Program-made: the position numbers and the translations under genes | Notes under the pieces: model-generated | Seen by the model: only the letters and a program-made list of their open reading frames with translations | What the model was told of the DNA's origin: nothing | The model's database searches: none | Shown: positions 1 through 10,796 of the stretch, piece after piece | Layout of the letters: every line of letters begins with the position of its first letter | How positions within the stretch are numbered: position 1 is the first letter of the stretch | From: Chiloscyllium plagiosum | Taxonomy: Eukaryota | DNA length: 32,080 nucleotides | Assembly: GCF_004010195.1 (NCBI RefSeq) | Contig: NC_057720.1 | Location: forward strand, 9,403,164 to 9,435,243 | Reading direction: 5' to 3'

Positions 1-330
1 ATACAGTACGAAACAGACCCCTTCAGTCTAACCAGTCCATGCTGAACATAGTCCGAAACGAAACTAGCCCTACCTGCCTGCTCCTGGCCCATATCCCTTC
101 AAACCTTTCCTGTTCATGGATTTATCCAAATGTCTTTTAAACGTTATAATTGTACCCACATCCACCATTTCCTCAGGAGGCTCATTCCACACACGAATCA
201 CACTCTGCATAAAAGAATTAAATTTATCTTCTCTCGTGCTCCCCCAGTCTTGAAATATGTCATCCAAGGGAACAGACACCTACCATTAACTCTATCTATA
301 CCTTATTATTTTATAAATTTCTGTCAAGTT
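1..330 (-). mobile_element. CR1 LINE 3' fragment
   Basis: Minus-strand translation 'FMQSVIRVWNEPPEEMVDVGTIITFKRHLDK' is the CR1 ORF2 C-terminus, followed by a CR1-type 3' tail. Confidence 0.85.
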
Positions 331-489
331 GCCTCTCAATTCAAATTTTTGAGATTCTTTGCTTTTCCAGGGAAGACTGGGTAGCCTTTGCTTTAGTGGT
401 TTGAAAGTAAAAGGGGAATGGCAAGTCTGAATTGCAACTTAATTTGATGAACAACATTAGCACAAAGGGACAGAGGTTCAAATTCATAG

Positions 490-970
490 AGGGTGGCAGA
501 GTGGTTAGCACTGCAGCCTCATAGCACCAGGGACCCAGATTCAATTCGAGACTTGTGTGGAGTTTGCACATTCTCCCCATGTTTGTTTTTCTTAAAAAAA
601 AGATTGAATTCCGACAGTGCAGAAAGAGGCCATTTGGCCAATCATGTCCACACCAAACCTCCGAAGGACATCCCTGCCAGACTCAGCCCCCCACTCTATT
701 CCTGTAACCCTGCATTTCCCATTGTAACCATACCCATGAACACTATCGGCAATTTAGCATGGCCAATCCATATAACCTGCACATCTTTTGACTGTGGGAG
801 GAAAGCAGAGTACTTGGAGGAAACCCACGCAGACACAGGGAGAACATGGAAATCTCACACAGATAGTCGCCTGAGGCTGGAATCCATCCTGGGTCCCTGG
901 TGCTGTGAGGCTAACTACTGAGTCACCCTGACATCTTCAGGTGTTTTGCTTTCCTCCCACAGTCCAGAAA
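490..970 (+). mobile_element. HE1-type tRNA-derived SINE interrupted by an antisense HE1 copy
   Basis: tRNA-like head 'ggtggcagagtggttagcactgcagcctcatagcaccagggacccagattcaattc' at ~490-550; body resumes at ~934-968 ('ttcctcccacagtcca'). Confidence 0.75.
600..928 (-). mobile_element. HE1-type SINE nested in another SINE
   Basis: Reverse complement matches the head, body and tail of the complete copy at 30026-30335. Confidence 0.85.
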
Positions 971-1669
971 TATTACTTAATTGTCAACAGTTATCATAGC
1001 ACTGAAAAGTGACTCACTCCAGAATGAATGTGACAAAAATTTCTGGGATGAATTTAGTTCCTATCCAGACAGCTACAAAATCCATTTCACACCATTGGTG
1101 CATGTCAATGATGAGCCAGACAGCAAGATACTTTAATTTTTGCAAAGTAAACAGCCAAGGGTCACCAGGTGGATATTCCCTCACCTGAAGTTGCCTAACA
1201 TTTACCTACAAATAACGGGAAGCATCATCGGCCTCACCATTATATTGACAGGAAAATCTGGGCTGTTGTGTGAGCAACTTGACAGGCTTCATCTCAGCAT
1301 CATTTTCTGTGGTAAACACTTAGAATTTTAAAGCTATTACTGTCTATGTGCTTTTATTGCAGTTTTTGATTTTTCAGGCAGTGAGGATTATGTGGCCTGC
1401 ATTGAAATTGGGTGAACATAAGTAAGGAACCTTGAACATCCCCACGCCATTGCAACTCTGCGACTGGCATTAATATAACCTTCGGACCCGGGCTGAAATG
1501 AATTTCTTTGTTATTACCATTACATAATGCCTCAGCCTCGGGCTGATGTTGCACCTGTGATTTGGCTGAGATTGGGAACTCAATCACTTCCATCAGAATG
1601 TTTTTTTTTAATTCAGTCATGGGATGTGAGCATCTCCAGCTGAGTCAGCATAAATTGCCTGTCCATGGA

Positions 1670-2020
1670 AACAAATCAAATAGGAGTAGGCCATTCAGCT
1701 CTTTGGGCCTGCTCCACAATTCAATATGATCATGGTTAATCTTCCAACTCTGGATCCTGTTCCTGCATTTTCCCTGTCCTGTTTATCACTAAGGACTGTA
1801 TCTAACTCCTTCTTTAAACAGCCAATGTTTTGGTATCAATTGTTTTCCATGGCAATGATTTCCACAGCATCACCACTCTCTGGGAGAACAATTTCATCTC
1901 AATTTTATCTCACTCCTTATTGGCTCACCCTATAATCTTAAACTATGACCCTTAGTTCTAGACTCCTCAGGAACATCCTTCCTGCATTTATCCTGCCAAA
2001 GCTTTATAAGTTAATTGTCT
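1670..2020 (-). mobile_element. Degenerate CR1 LINE 3' fragment
   Basis: 'ggagtaggccattcagc...cctgctccacaattcaatatgatcatgg' is the reverse complement of the CR1 tail seen at 7230-7285. Confidence 0.7.
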
Positions 2021-2064
2021 ACCTCAGAACAATATTTCAGTCATGTCCCCATATCCTTATGTTG

Positions 2065-2350
2065 ATAAAGACAAGGGCAGCAGACACATGGGAACACCAC
2101 CACCTGCAAGTTCCCCTCCAAGCCACTCACTATCCTGACTTGGAAATATATCACCGTTCCTTCACTGTCACTGGGACTAAATCCCGGAACTGCCTCTCTA
2201 AAGGACATTATGGGTCCACCTACAGCACATAGACTGCAGCGGTTCAAGAAAACAGCTCAGCAGCACCCTCTCAAGGTGTAACTAGGGATGGGCAATCAGT
2301 AGGGATGGCTGAACCAGTGACAACCACGTCACCTATGAGTGAATTAAAAA
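2065..2350 (+). mobile_element. 3' end of L2/CR1-superfamily LINE (family of 15626-16220)
   Basis: Colinear with 15960-16220 ('gcagcagacacatgggaacaccaccacctgcaagttcccctccaagccactcac...'); ends in an A-rich tail. Confidence 0.8.
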
Positions 2351-2773
2351 AAACTAACAATCTCTGTCTTCAACTTGATATCCGAAATTCCATAGACCTC
2401 TGGAGTAGAAAATTCCAAAGATTCACCAACCTCTGAGTTAAGCATTTACCCCTTATTCTGGAGCTATGTCACCTGGCACTCTACATCACTGTCAGGCAAA
2501 ACATTCTTCCTGCATTTTCTTAGTCTATCCTTTTAAGTGTTTTATAAGTTTCTAAGAGAACACCTGACCTTCTTCTAAACTCCTTCCTCTGGGAGGTCAG
2601 GCGCACCATCCCAGGAATCAGTCTGGTGCCACTCCCTTCATGGCAAATATATCCTTCCTGAGGCCAGGGGAACCGAACTGCACACAATGGCCCAAATGTT
2701 GTCTCACCAGCATTCTATACAATGGGAGCAAGATGTCTTTGCTCTTGACCTTCCATTCTGTTGCAATAAGGAG

Positions 2774-3247
2774 GAAGTCAGAAGTCATATGATTCAGGTC
2801 ATAGTCCAACAGGTTTATTTGAAATAATATTTTTTTTTGATGAAGGAGCAGCGCTCTGAAAACTTGTTTTGATTAGATTAGATTCCTTACAGTGTGGAAA
2901 CAGGCTCTTCAGCCCAACAAGTCCACACCGACCCTCCCAAGAGTAACCCACCCAGTTCCCTCTGACTAATGCACCTAACACTATGGGCAATTTAGCATGG
3001 CCAATTCACCTGGCCTGCACACCTTTGGACTATGGGAGGAAACCAGAGCACCTGGAGGAATCCCTTACAAACTCCACACAGACAGTCGCCCGAGGCTGGA
3101 ATCAAACCTCGGACCCTGGTGTTGTGAGGCAGCAGTGCTAACCACTGAGCCACCGATTATTAGTGATCTCAAATAAATCTGTTGGATTTTAACCTGGTGT
3201 CATGTGACTTCTGACTTGTCCACCCCAGTCCAACACCTGCACCTCCA
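2774..3247. mobile_element. Palindromic PLE-derived element (family B) with 10-bp TSD, interrupted by an HE1 SINE
   Basis: Arms 'aagtcagaagtcatatga..caggtcatagtccaacaggtttatttgaaat' and 'atctcaaataaatctgttgga..taacctggtgtcatgtgacttctgactt'; hammerhead remnant 2838-2866; TSD caataaggag at 2764-2773 and 3248-3257. Confidence 0.75.
2868..3155 (-). mobile_element. HE1-type SINE
   Basis: (gatta)n tail at left, tRNA-like head reverse complement at right ('gcagtgctaaccactgagccaccg'). Confidence 0.9.
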
Positions 3248-3947
3248 CAATAAGGAGTAACATATTGTTTGCCTTCTAAATTGCTTACTTGCTTTCAGAT
3301 TGACATATTTTGTTTCTCAATTAACATTTTGAATGCCTTAGAACATAACAACCCCCTCAATATTCTATATTCATGGAAATAAAGCCAAGGTTTAAGCATA
3401 CTGACCATATACACGAACCAATGAAGCCCTTCAATGAGAGCAGTATAGAAAGGAGATTTCAATTGGCCAAGGTAGGTCAGTGGGCTATAAGCCCCATATA
3501 TTACAATGGTCCATGCGCACACCAGATGATTTGCCTTTCAACCTCATCGCCTTAAAACAGTGACATTGAATTTCTAATCTATTGCAGCATCATGTGTAGT
3601 GAGCACTCGTAATTGTGCATTCGATATCAAAGCACATCATCATCTACATGATGAAGCCACAGGGCATTTTGTGTTACCAGCAGTTACATTCAGTAGGCAT
3701 CCTAATTAAAACAAACACCCGGTCTTTAGATTAATCTTGAGCAGCTTCTGAGGTCTCCTGCTTTTTCAGTCTGGCTGCTTCTCGAGTGTACGGTGCTTCT
3801 CCTGTAGGGCATCACTCTCTGGCACCAATGAATCTTTACTGCTCCTCTGCATTTATCTGGTAATTTACTCTGGTATTCAATTGAAAAAAACATTTTAAGA
3901 TACTGTACACATTAAAATTACTCCCAAGTGGAGCAACTAGACTATTT

Positions 3948-4212
3948 TGTGAGAGGGGAAAGATTTAAAAGGGACCTAAGGGGGCAATTGTTTCACGCAG
4001 AGGGTGGTGAGTGTATGGAATGAACGGCCAGAGGAAATGGTGGAAGCTGGTACAATTACAACATTTAAAAGGCATCACGATAGGCACATGAATATGAAGG
4101 GATATGGGCCAAATGCTGGCAAATGGGAATATATTAATTTAGGATATCTGTTTGGCATGGAGGAGTTCGACCAAAGAATCTGTTTCTGTGCTTTACTTCT
4201 GTATGACTCTAA
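3948..4212 (+). mobile_element. CR1 LINE 3' fragment
   Basis: 'RVVSVWNERPEEMVEAGTITTFKRH' plus tail ending 'tgtatgactcta'. Confidence 0.85.
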
Positions 4213-4666
4213 GACTTTCCTATTATATTTAACTTTCCAAATCATTTGACATAAGTTCAGATAAGGTAGTCAGCAACTTAACCTTTGGGGAACATAACTT
4301 TATCTAATGCACCAATGAACAGTAATGTGAAATTCAGATGCTTATATGTACACAAACCTGGCCAAAGTGTAGCTTTGCAAAACAAAAACCTGAGCTTTAT
4401 ACAATCTGTCTGAATTCCTCTCTCTGCACTTACTAATATTTAACCCCTCAACCTTTGGAGATATTGTCACACCCATTCTTTGACTCTTCACTGATGAGTC
4501 TTGGCAAACACTCTCAGGCCACTCGTCATTTATGGGCCAGGATGGTAATATTTGTCATGATGACAATAGTCTAGTAAACAAACGCTATTCAGGGAATGAT
4601 TAACTCTGTGGATTAGTTTATTTAAAACAGTAGAACAGATAATCAATTCTAAAGTAGAGATTACAG

Positions 4667-5212
4667 CAAACGGAGGTGCAGGATGTGGACGAGATGCGTT
4701 GGAAGGCATCTTTAACCACGTGGGAAGGGAAATTGCGGTCTCTAAAGAAGGAGGCCATCTGATGTGTTCTGTGGTGGAACTGGTCCTCCTGGGAGCAGAT
4801 ACGGCGGAGGCGGAGGAATTGGGAATACGGGATGGCATTTTTGCAAGAGGTAGGATGGGAAGAGGTGTATTCCAGGTAGCTGTGGGAGTCGGTGGGTTTG
4901 TAAAAATGTCAGTACCAAGTCGGTCATCATTAATGGAGATGTAGAGGTGCAGGAAGGGGAGGGAGGAATGGAGATGTAGAGGTGCAGGAAGGGGAGGGAG
5001 GTGTCAGAGATGGTCCAGATAAATTTAAGGTCAGGTGGAATGTGTTGGTGAAGTTGATGAATTGCTCAACCTCCTCACAGGAGCACAAGGTGGCGCCAAT
5101 GCAGTCATCAATGTAGCGGAGGAAGAGGTGGGGAGTGGTGCCAGTGTAATTACGGAAGATCAACTGCTCTACGTAGCCAACAAAGAGACAGGCATAGCTG
5201 GGACCCATATGT
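4667..5212 (-). mobile_element. Neptune-like PLE reverse transcriptase fragment (pseudogenised)
   Basis: 'MGPSYACLFVGYVEQLIF...FLRYIDDCIG...FINFTNTFH' matches PLE RT motifs including YIDD; frameshifted; perfect 35-bp tandem duplication at 4932-4966/4967-5001. Confidence 0.85.
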
Positions 5213-5292
5213 GTGCCTTACCTTTCTATATAAGTCCCTAGCATGAATTTAGCATCTTACTTGAGACACAGCCTCAGCTGTGCAAATGGAAT

Positions 5293-6384
5293 AGGTAAAC
5301 CACATCACCCGCCAACATTTCCAACTCCTCCAAACAGACCCCACCACCAGGGATATATTTCCATCCCCACCCCTCTCCGCCTTCCGCAAGGACCGTTCCC
5401 TCCGTGACTACCTGGTCAGATCCACGCCCCCCAACAACCCACCCTCCCCTCCAGGCACCTTCCCCTGACACCGCAGGAATTCCAAAACCTGCGCCCACAC
5501 CTCCCCCCTCACCTCCATCCAAGGCCCCAAAGGTGCCTTTCACATCCATCAAAGTTTTACTTGCACATCCACTCATATCATTTATTGTATCCGTTGCTCC
5601 TGATGCGGTCTCCTCTACATTGGGGAGACTGGGCGCCTCCTAGCAAAGCGCTTTAGGGAACATCTCCGGGACACCCGCATCAATCAACCCCACTGCCCTG
5701 TGGCCCACCATTTCAACTCCTCCTTCCATTCTGCCGAGGACATGGAGGTCCTGGGCCTCCTCCACCGCCACTCCCTCACCATCCGACACCTGGAGGAGGA
5801 ACGCCTCATCTTCCGCCTCGGAACACTTCAACCCCATGGCATCAATGTGGACTTCACCAGTTTCCTCATTTCCCCTCCCCCCACCTCACCCCAGCTCCAA
5901 CCTTCCAGCTCAGCATTGTCCCCATGACTTGTCTCACCTGCCTATCTTCCTTTCCACCTATTCACTCCACCCTCCTCCCTGACCTATCANNNNNNNNNNN
6001 NNNNNNNNNNNNNNNNNNNNNNNNNNNNNNNNNNNNNNNNNNNNNNNNNNNNNNNNNNNNNNNNNNNNNNNNNNNNNNNNNNNNNNNNNNNNNNNNNNNN
6101 NNNNNNNNNNNNNNNNNNNNNNNNNNNNNNNNNNNNNNNNNNNNNNNNNNNNNNNNNNNNNNNNNNNNNNNNNNNNNNNNNNNNNNCCATCCCCACCCCC
6201 ATTCACCTATTGTACTCTATGCTACTTTCTCCCCACCCCCACCCCCCCTGTCATTTATCTCTCCACTCTGCAGTCACCCTGTCTCTATTCCTGATGAAGG
6301 GCTTTTACCTGAAACGTTGATTTTCCTGCTCTTCAGATGCTGCCTGACCTGCTGTGCTTTTCCAGCACCATTCTAATCTCGATC
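5293..6384 (+). mobile_element. 5'-truncated Neptune-like PLE (linker, zinc knuckle, GIY-YIG endonuclease, 3' UTR with hammerhead) with 15-bp TSD
   Basis: One frame reads 'AFRKDRSLRDYLVRS..GTFP*HRRNSKTC..FTCTSTHIIYCIRCS*CGLLYIGETGRLLAKRFREH..VAHHF..RHLEEERLIFRLGTLQPHGIN'; decayed hammerhead at 6291-6318; TSD ctgtgcaaatggaat at 5278-5292 and 6385-6399. Confidence 0.9.
5990..6186. other. Assembly gap (N run)
   Basis: 197 Ns inside the C-rich PLE 3' UTR. Confidence 1.
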
Positions 6385-6459
6385 CTGTGCAAATGGAATG
6401 TCAATGCTTTAATGTTTGAGGTACACAGAATAGCCTTATATTCTTTCAAATAAGAAAAA

Positions 6460-6790
6460 TAAAGCTTGATGTTGGTGGGCTATTTAAAATAATGAAAGGT
6501 TTTAACAGGGTCGATGGAGAGAAACAATCTCAGTGATGGCAGATTCCAGAACAAAGGAACATAACCTTAAAATGAGAGGTGGGCTGTTCACAAGTGCTAC
6601 CAAGAGATATTGCTTCAAGAAAAATATAATGGAAATTGAAAGTTTATTTCCCATTTCCATTCCTTTCTGAAGAAGCTGTTGAGGTGGAGATTCAGATAAA
6701 TTGGCATTTTGGGGGTAAAGTACTGAAGAATGTAGTCCAAAATAGTGAGGTAGAGTTGTGATCCACATCAGCCATGAGCTAATCAGAATC
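6460..6790 (+). mobile_element. Old degenerate CR1 3' fragment
   Basis: Resembles the neighbouring CR1 ('ccagaacaaaggaacataaccttaaaatgagagg'). Confidence 0.6.
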
Positions 6791-6794
6791 TAAC

Positions 6795-7350
6795 TTGCGA
6801 AAGGATGCAATGGCACTGGAGGGGGTGTGTAGGAGGTTGATTCTGGAGCTGAGAAGGTTGCCTTATGAGGAGAGATTGAGTAGACTGGGACAACACTCAC
6901 TGGAATTTAGAAGAATAAAAGGGAATCTTGCAGAAGCATATAGAATTATGAAGAGAATAGATAAGATCGAAGCAGGGAAATTGTTGGTGGGTGAAACTAG
7001 AAGGAGGGGGCATAACCTCAAAATAAGGGGGAGCAGATGTAGGACTAAGTTGAGGAGGAACTCTTCTCCCAAAGGGTTGTGAATCTGTGGAATTCCCAGT
7101 GAAGCAGTTGAAACTATCCCATTGGATGTTTTTAAGGCAAAGATAAATAGATTTTTGAACAATAAATCAATTAAGGGATATGGTGAGTGGGTGGTAAATG
7201 GAGCTAAGACCACGAAGTGACCAGCAATGATCTTATTCAATGGCGGAGCAGGCTCGAGGGGCCAGATGGCCTACTCCTGCCCCTACTTTTATGTTCTTAA
7301 GTTCTAACAACTGACTTGAAGGGCTGAATGGCCTTTTCCTGTTCCTTTGT
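6795..7350 (+). mobile_element. CR1 LINE 3' fragment
   Basis: 'YEERLSRLGQHSLEFRRIKGNLAEAYRIMKRIDK...TRRRGHNLKI' plus 3' tail. Confidence 0.9.
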
Positions 7351-7907
7351 TCCTCATGAGTAAGAGATTTGTGACCCAAGAACTGATATCTGGAAGAATT
7401 CCAAAGGCCATGTGTGAATCTGTACAGAGAAATAAAATATATATGAGGCAAGCATTTAGGGAGCTTGATAATTGACCACAGATGTGACTTTGATTTCTAC
7501 CTTATGCTTACAATTTTTTTGTAATTCACTGTATATTTTTGAGAAGAATCTCGACTTCATTGAATTTCCCAGTTATCTTTAGGCAAAACAGAAGTGCTTT
7601 GGTTTCAATAAAATTGTAAGTAAAATTATTCTGCTCCAGAAATTAATTTTAAAGGTTATGAAGATCAAGTTAAGCCTCTTTAGCTCCTTTCGGATTGAAG
7701 GTAAACTGCAAAGGTTTTTAGTTTGCACTGTGTGAGGGAAACCTGTGTCTTGCAATTGGAATGCTTTTGCCTTGGAGTACCTGTGGCAGCATCAAACCCT
7801 CTGATGGCAGAGAAGATCTCCTTCAAGCATGTTCCAACTGTAATAACAGTAGAGAATGCCATCTGGCACCAGTGTGGCACTCTTTCACCATGACTAGCTC
7901 TTGCAGT

Positions 7908-8910
7908 GAGTCATAGTTATATGGCACGGAAACAGATCCTTTGGTCCAACTCATCCATGTCGATCAGGTTTCCCAAACTAGACTGGTCCCATTTGCCTGC
8001 AATTGGCCCATCTCCCTCGAAACCTTTCCTATTCATTTGTTGGTATATTGCATGCAATTCTGGTCTCCTTCTTATTGCAAGGGTTCAGAAAAGATTTACA
8101 AGGATGTTGCCAGGGTTGGTGGATTTGAGCTATAGGGAGAGGCTGAATAGGCTGGGGCTGTTTTCTCTGGAGCGTTGAAGGTTGAGGGGTGACCTTATAG
8201 AGGTTTATAAAATCATGACGGGCATGGATAGGATATATAGACAAAGTCCCTTCCCTAGGGTGGGGGAGTCCAGAACTAGAGGGCATAGGTTTAGGGTGAG
8301 AGGGGAAAGATACAAAAGAGACCTAAGGGGCAATGTTTTCATGCAGAAGGTGGTGCGTGTGTGGAATGGGCTGCCAGAGAAAGTGGTGGAGGCTGGTACA
8401 ATTACAGCATTTTAAAGACATTGAGATTGGTATATGTATAGGAAGGGTTTGGAGGGATATGGGCTGGGTGCTGGTAGGTGGGACTCAATTGGGTTGGGGT
8501 ATCTGATCGGCATGGACAAGTTGGATTGAAGTTTCTTTGCTGTACATCTCTATGTTATAACTATACCTGCATTTATCACTTCCTCTGGCAGTTAATTCCA
8601 CACACACATCATTATCTGTGTAAAAGGTTGACCCTCAGATTGCTTTTAAGTCTTTCTCCTCTCACTTTCAACCCACGCCCTCTAGTTTTTAACTCCCCCA
8701 CACTAGGGAAAAGACCTTTGCCATTCACCTTATGTATTCTCCTCATGATTCCATCAACTTCGATAAGGTCACCCCTCAGCTTCCTACGCACCAGGGAAAA
8801 AAGTCCCAGCCTATCCAATCTCTCCTTATAACTCAAACCCTCCAGTCTCAGTAACATCCTTGTAAATCTTTTCTGCACCTTTTCCAGTTTAATAACATCC
8901 TTCCTTTAGC
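7908..8910. mobile_element. Three abutting CR1 fragments: minus 7908-8035, plus 8040-8560, minus 8560-8910
   Basis: 'RVQKRFTRMLPGL..LSYRERLNRLGLFSLERxRLRGDLIEVYKIM' on plus and the same motif on minus at 8612-8878. Confidence 0.85.
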
Positions 8911-8929
8911 AGATTAACATTGCACTTAA

Positions 8930-9308
8930 GAGGGCCATGGTTCAAATCCCACCATGGCGGCTGAAGGAATTTAATGTCATTGAATTTATAAATTGAATAA
9001 AACTATGATAAAAGTGTCATTTTATCAATGTTGACTGAATCTATCATCAAGAGGGGTTTAAAGAACTTTAGTTCAATAATGTCCTTTGAGGGAATCTGCC
9101 AATTTATTCCAGTCTGGCTACATGTGCCTCCAGGTCTACAGCAATATGATTGTTCCTTCTGAAATGGCCTAGCCAGGAAAGGTCAATCCGTATGGACTGA
9201 CTGCAACAGCTCAAGAGGTCAACTCCCCACCACCAACTTCTCAAGGACAATGAAATAATGGACAACAAATGCTGAGCCTTCTCAGTTGCATCTCAAATCC
9301 CGTGAAAC
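8930..9308 (+). mobile_element. Old tRNA-derived SINE (MetaSINE-like core) with LINE-derived tail
   Basis: B-box-like 'ggttcaaatccc'; core 'gttcaataatgtcctttgagggaatctgcc..gtctggctacatgtgcctccag'; tail similar to 16110-16220. Confidence 0.55.
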
Positions 9309-9344
9309 AGTAATTTTGAAGAAAGGGGATATGTTTTATGTTCT

Positions 9345-9808
9345 GCACCTGTTATGTTTTATGTGGAGTTTGTCTGTTCTCCTCAGTCTGTGTGGGTTTC
9401 CTTCAGATGCTTCTGTCTCCTCTCCCAGTCCAAAGGTGTACACATTCGTTGGATTAGGTGAAAGTGAGGACTGCAGATGCTGAGATTAGAGTCCACATTG
9501 GAGTGGTGCTGGAAAAGCACAGCAGGTCAGGCAGCATCTGAGGAGAAGGAAAATCGATGTTTCAGGCAAAAGACCTTCATCAGGATCTTCCTGCTCCTCG
9601 GATGCTGCCTGACTTGCTGAGTTTTTCCAGCACCACTCCAATCTGAATATTCGTTGGATTGCCCATGTCAAATTTTCCTGTAGTGTCCAGAGATCTGCAG
9701 TCTGGGCGGATTAACTAGGGGGAATGCATGGTTATTGGATTGAGAGTGGGGTGTGGAAGATTCGATGGGCTGAATGGCCTCTTCCTGCACTGTAGAGACC
9801 TTATGATT
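9345..9808 (+). mobile_element. Degenerate HE1-type SINE hosting PLE insertions
   Basis: 'tgtggagtttg..cccagtccaaaggtgt' resumes after 9649 ('ttggattgcccatgtcaaatt'); tail 'gggctgaatggcctcttcctgcactgtag'. Confidence 0.7.
9456..9648. mobile_element. Palindromic PLE-derived element (family A) with 12-bp TSD
   Basis: Inverted arms of the 3' end seen at 6290-6380; TSD attcgttggatt at 9444-9455 and 9649-9660. Confidence 0.85.
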
Positions 9809-9967
9809 AGGTAAAAACAATGACTGCAGATGCTGGAAACCAGATTCTGGATTAGTGGTGCTGGAATATTCCTGATGAAGGGCTGTTAAGACCTTTCATT
9901 ATTTTAAATAGCCCACCAAGATGCTGCCTAAACTGTTGTGCTTTTCCAGCACCACTAATCGAGATTC
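9809..9967. mobile_element. Palindromic PLE-derived element (family A variant) with internal 37-bp replacement
   Basis: Arms 'ggattagtggtgctggaa' and 'ttccagcaccactaatc'; hammerhead start 'cctgatgaagggc'; flanked by tatgatt within a SINE tail repeat. Confidence 0.75.
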
Positions 9968-10152
9968 TATGATTCTATGATCTTTCACACTCCCACTTCC
10001 TGGGGAAAAAGGGCATGGCCCACAGCTCCCAGCAAGAGGCACAAACCCCAGCAAAAGCCCTAAACCTCAGTGAAAGGTATTGCTGACCCCCAGGAACCTC
10101 CCGCATGCCCATCACTTACTTACCTCATGGCTCACTGCTCTGCAATCACAGG

Positions 10153-10489
10153 GTGTGGCACCAGTTTCCTCATTCCCCTCCCTCCACCTTACCCCAGTTC
10201 CAACCTTCCAGCTCAGCATCATCCTCATGACGTGTCCCATCTGTCAACCTTCCTTCCCACCTATCCGCTCCACCCTCCTCTCCGACCTATCACCTTTACC
10301 CCCACCTCCATCCACCTATTGCACTCTCAGCTACTCTCCCCCCAGTCCCACCCCCACTCCCATTTATCTCTCCACCCTGAATGCTCCCTGCCTCATTCCC
10401 GATGAAGGGCTTTTGCCTGAAATATCAATTTTCCTGATCCTTGGATTCTGCCTGAACTGCTGTGCTTTTCCAGCACCACTGTAATCTTG
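10153..10489 (+). mobile_element. 5'-truncated Neptune-like PLE 3' end with 16-bp TSD
   Basis: Colinear with 5855-6380; TSD gctctgcaatcacagg at 10137-10152 and 10490-10505. Confidence 0.9.
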
Positions 10490-10796
10490 GCTCTGCAATC
10501 ACAGGCTGTCTCTCTCCCATGTTTACTGATGATAAGCCTCAGCAGGGATCCTACCAGTCCCAGGCAGGGCAGAGACCCTAGTCCTGATTGAGGAGCAGGT
10601 CCTTACTAGTTCTGTGTATTCTGTTGCAGTGATGTTAGTGACCTTGCTCTGTTGGTTGTCCTCACCCTAATCCCCTGGATTGAATTTTCTTCTTCTGGTG
10701 GAGTTCAGAGTGAATTCATCAGCTTCCTATTTTGAGCTCTAATACTCAAGATGTAACTAATGGAAGTGATTTACAGGCTCCTGAACAGTAACAGCA

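Larger units (their letters stand above)
2352..3300 (-). mobile_element. CR1 ORF2 fragment split by a PLE palindrome (2774-3247)
   Basis: Minus translation 'DILLPLYRMLVRQHLGHCVQFGSPGLRKDI' is a CR1 RT C-terminal motif; the sequence resumes after 3248. Confidence 0.75.

Noticed and set aside
1354..1620. 88-aa minus-strand ORF in mostly unique DNA
   Set aside because: Starts within a LINE tail; no recognisable motif or convincing splice sites.
3716..3880. Coding-looking minus-strand stretch
   Set aside because: Stops in all frames and no consistent acceptor/donor pair.
5466..5603. In-frame TGA codons in the PLE Cys-rich region as selenocysteine (as reported for some Naiad PLEs)
   Set aside because: TGA at 5601 fits CGA>TGA CpG decay; TGA at 5466 sits at a likely Cys, but the next expected Cys also reads Ser; the copy is truncated and I see no SECIS. 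The family consensus codon would settle it.
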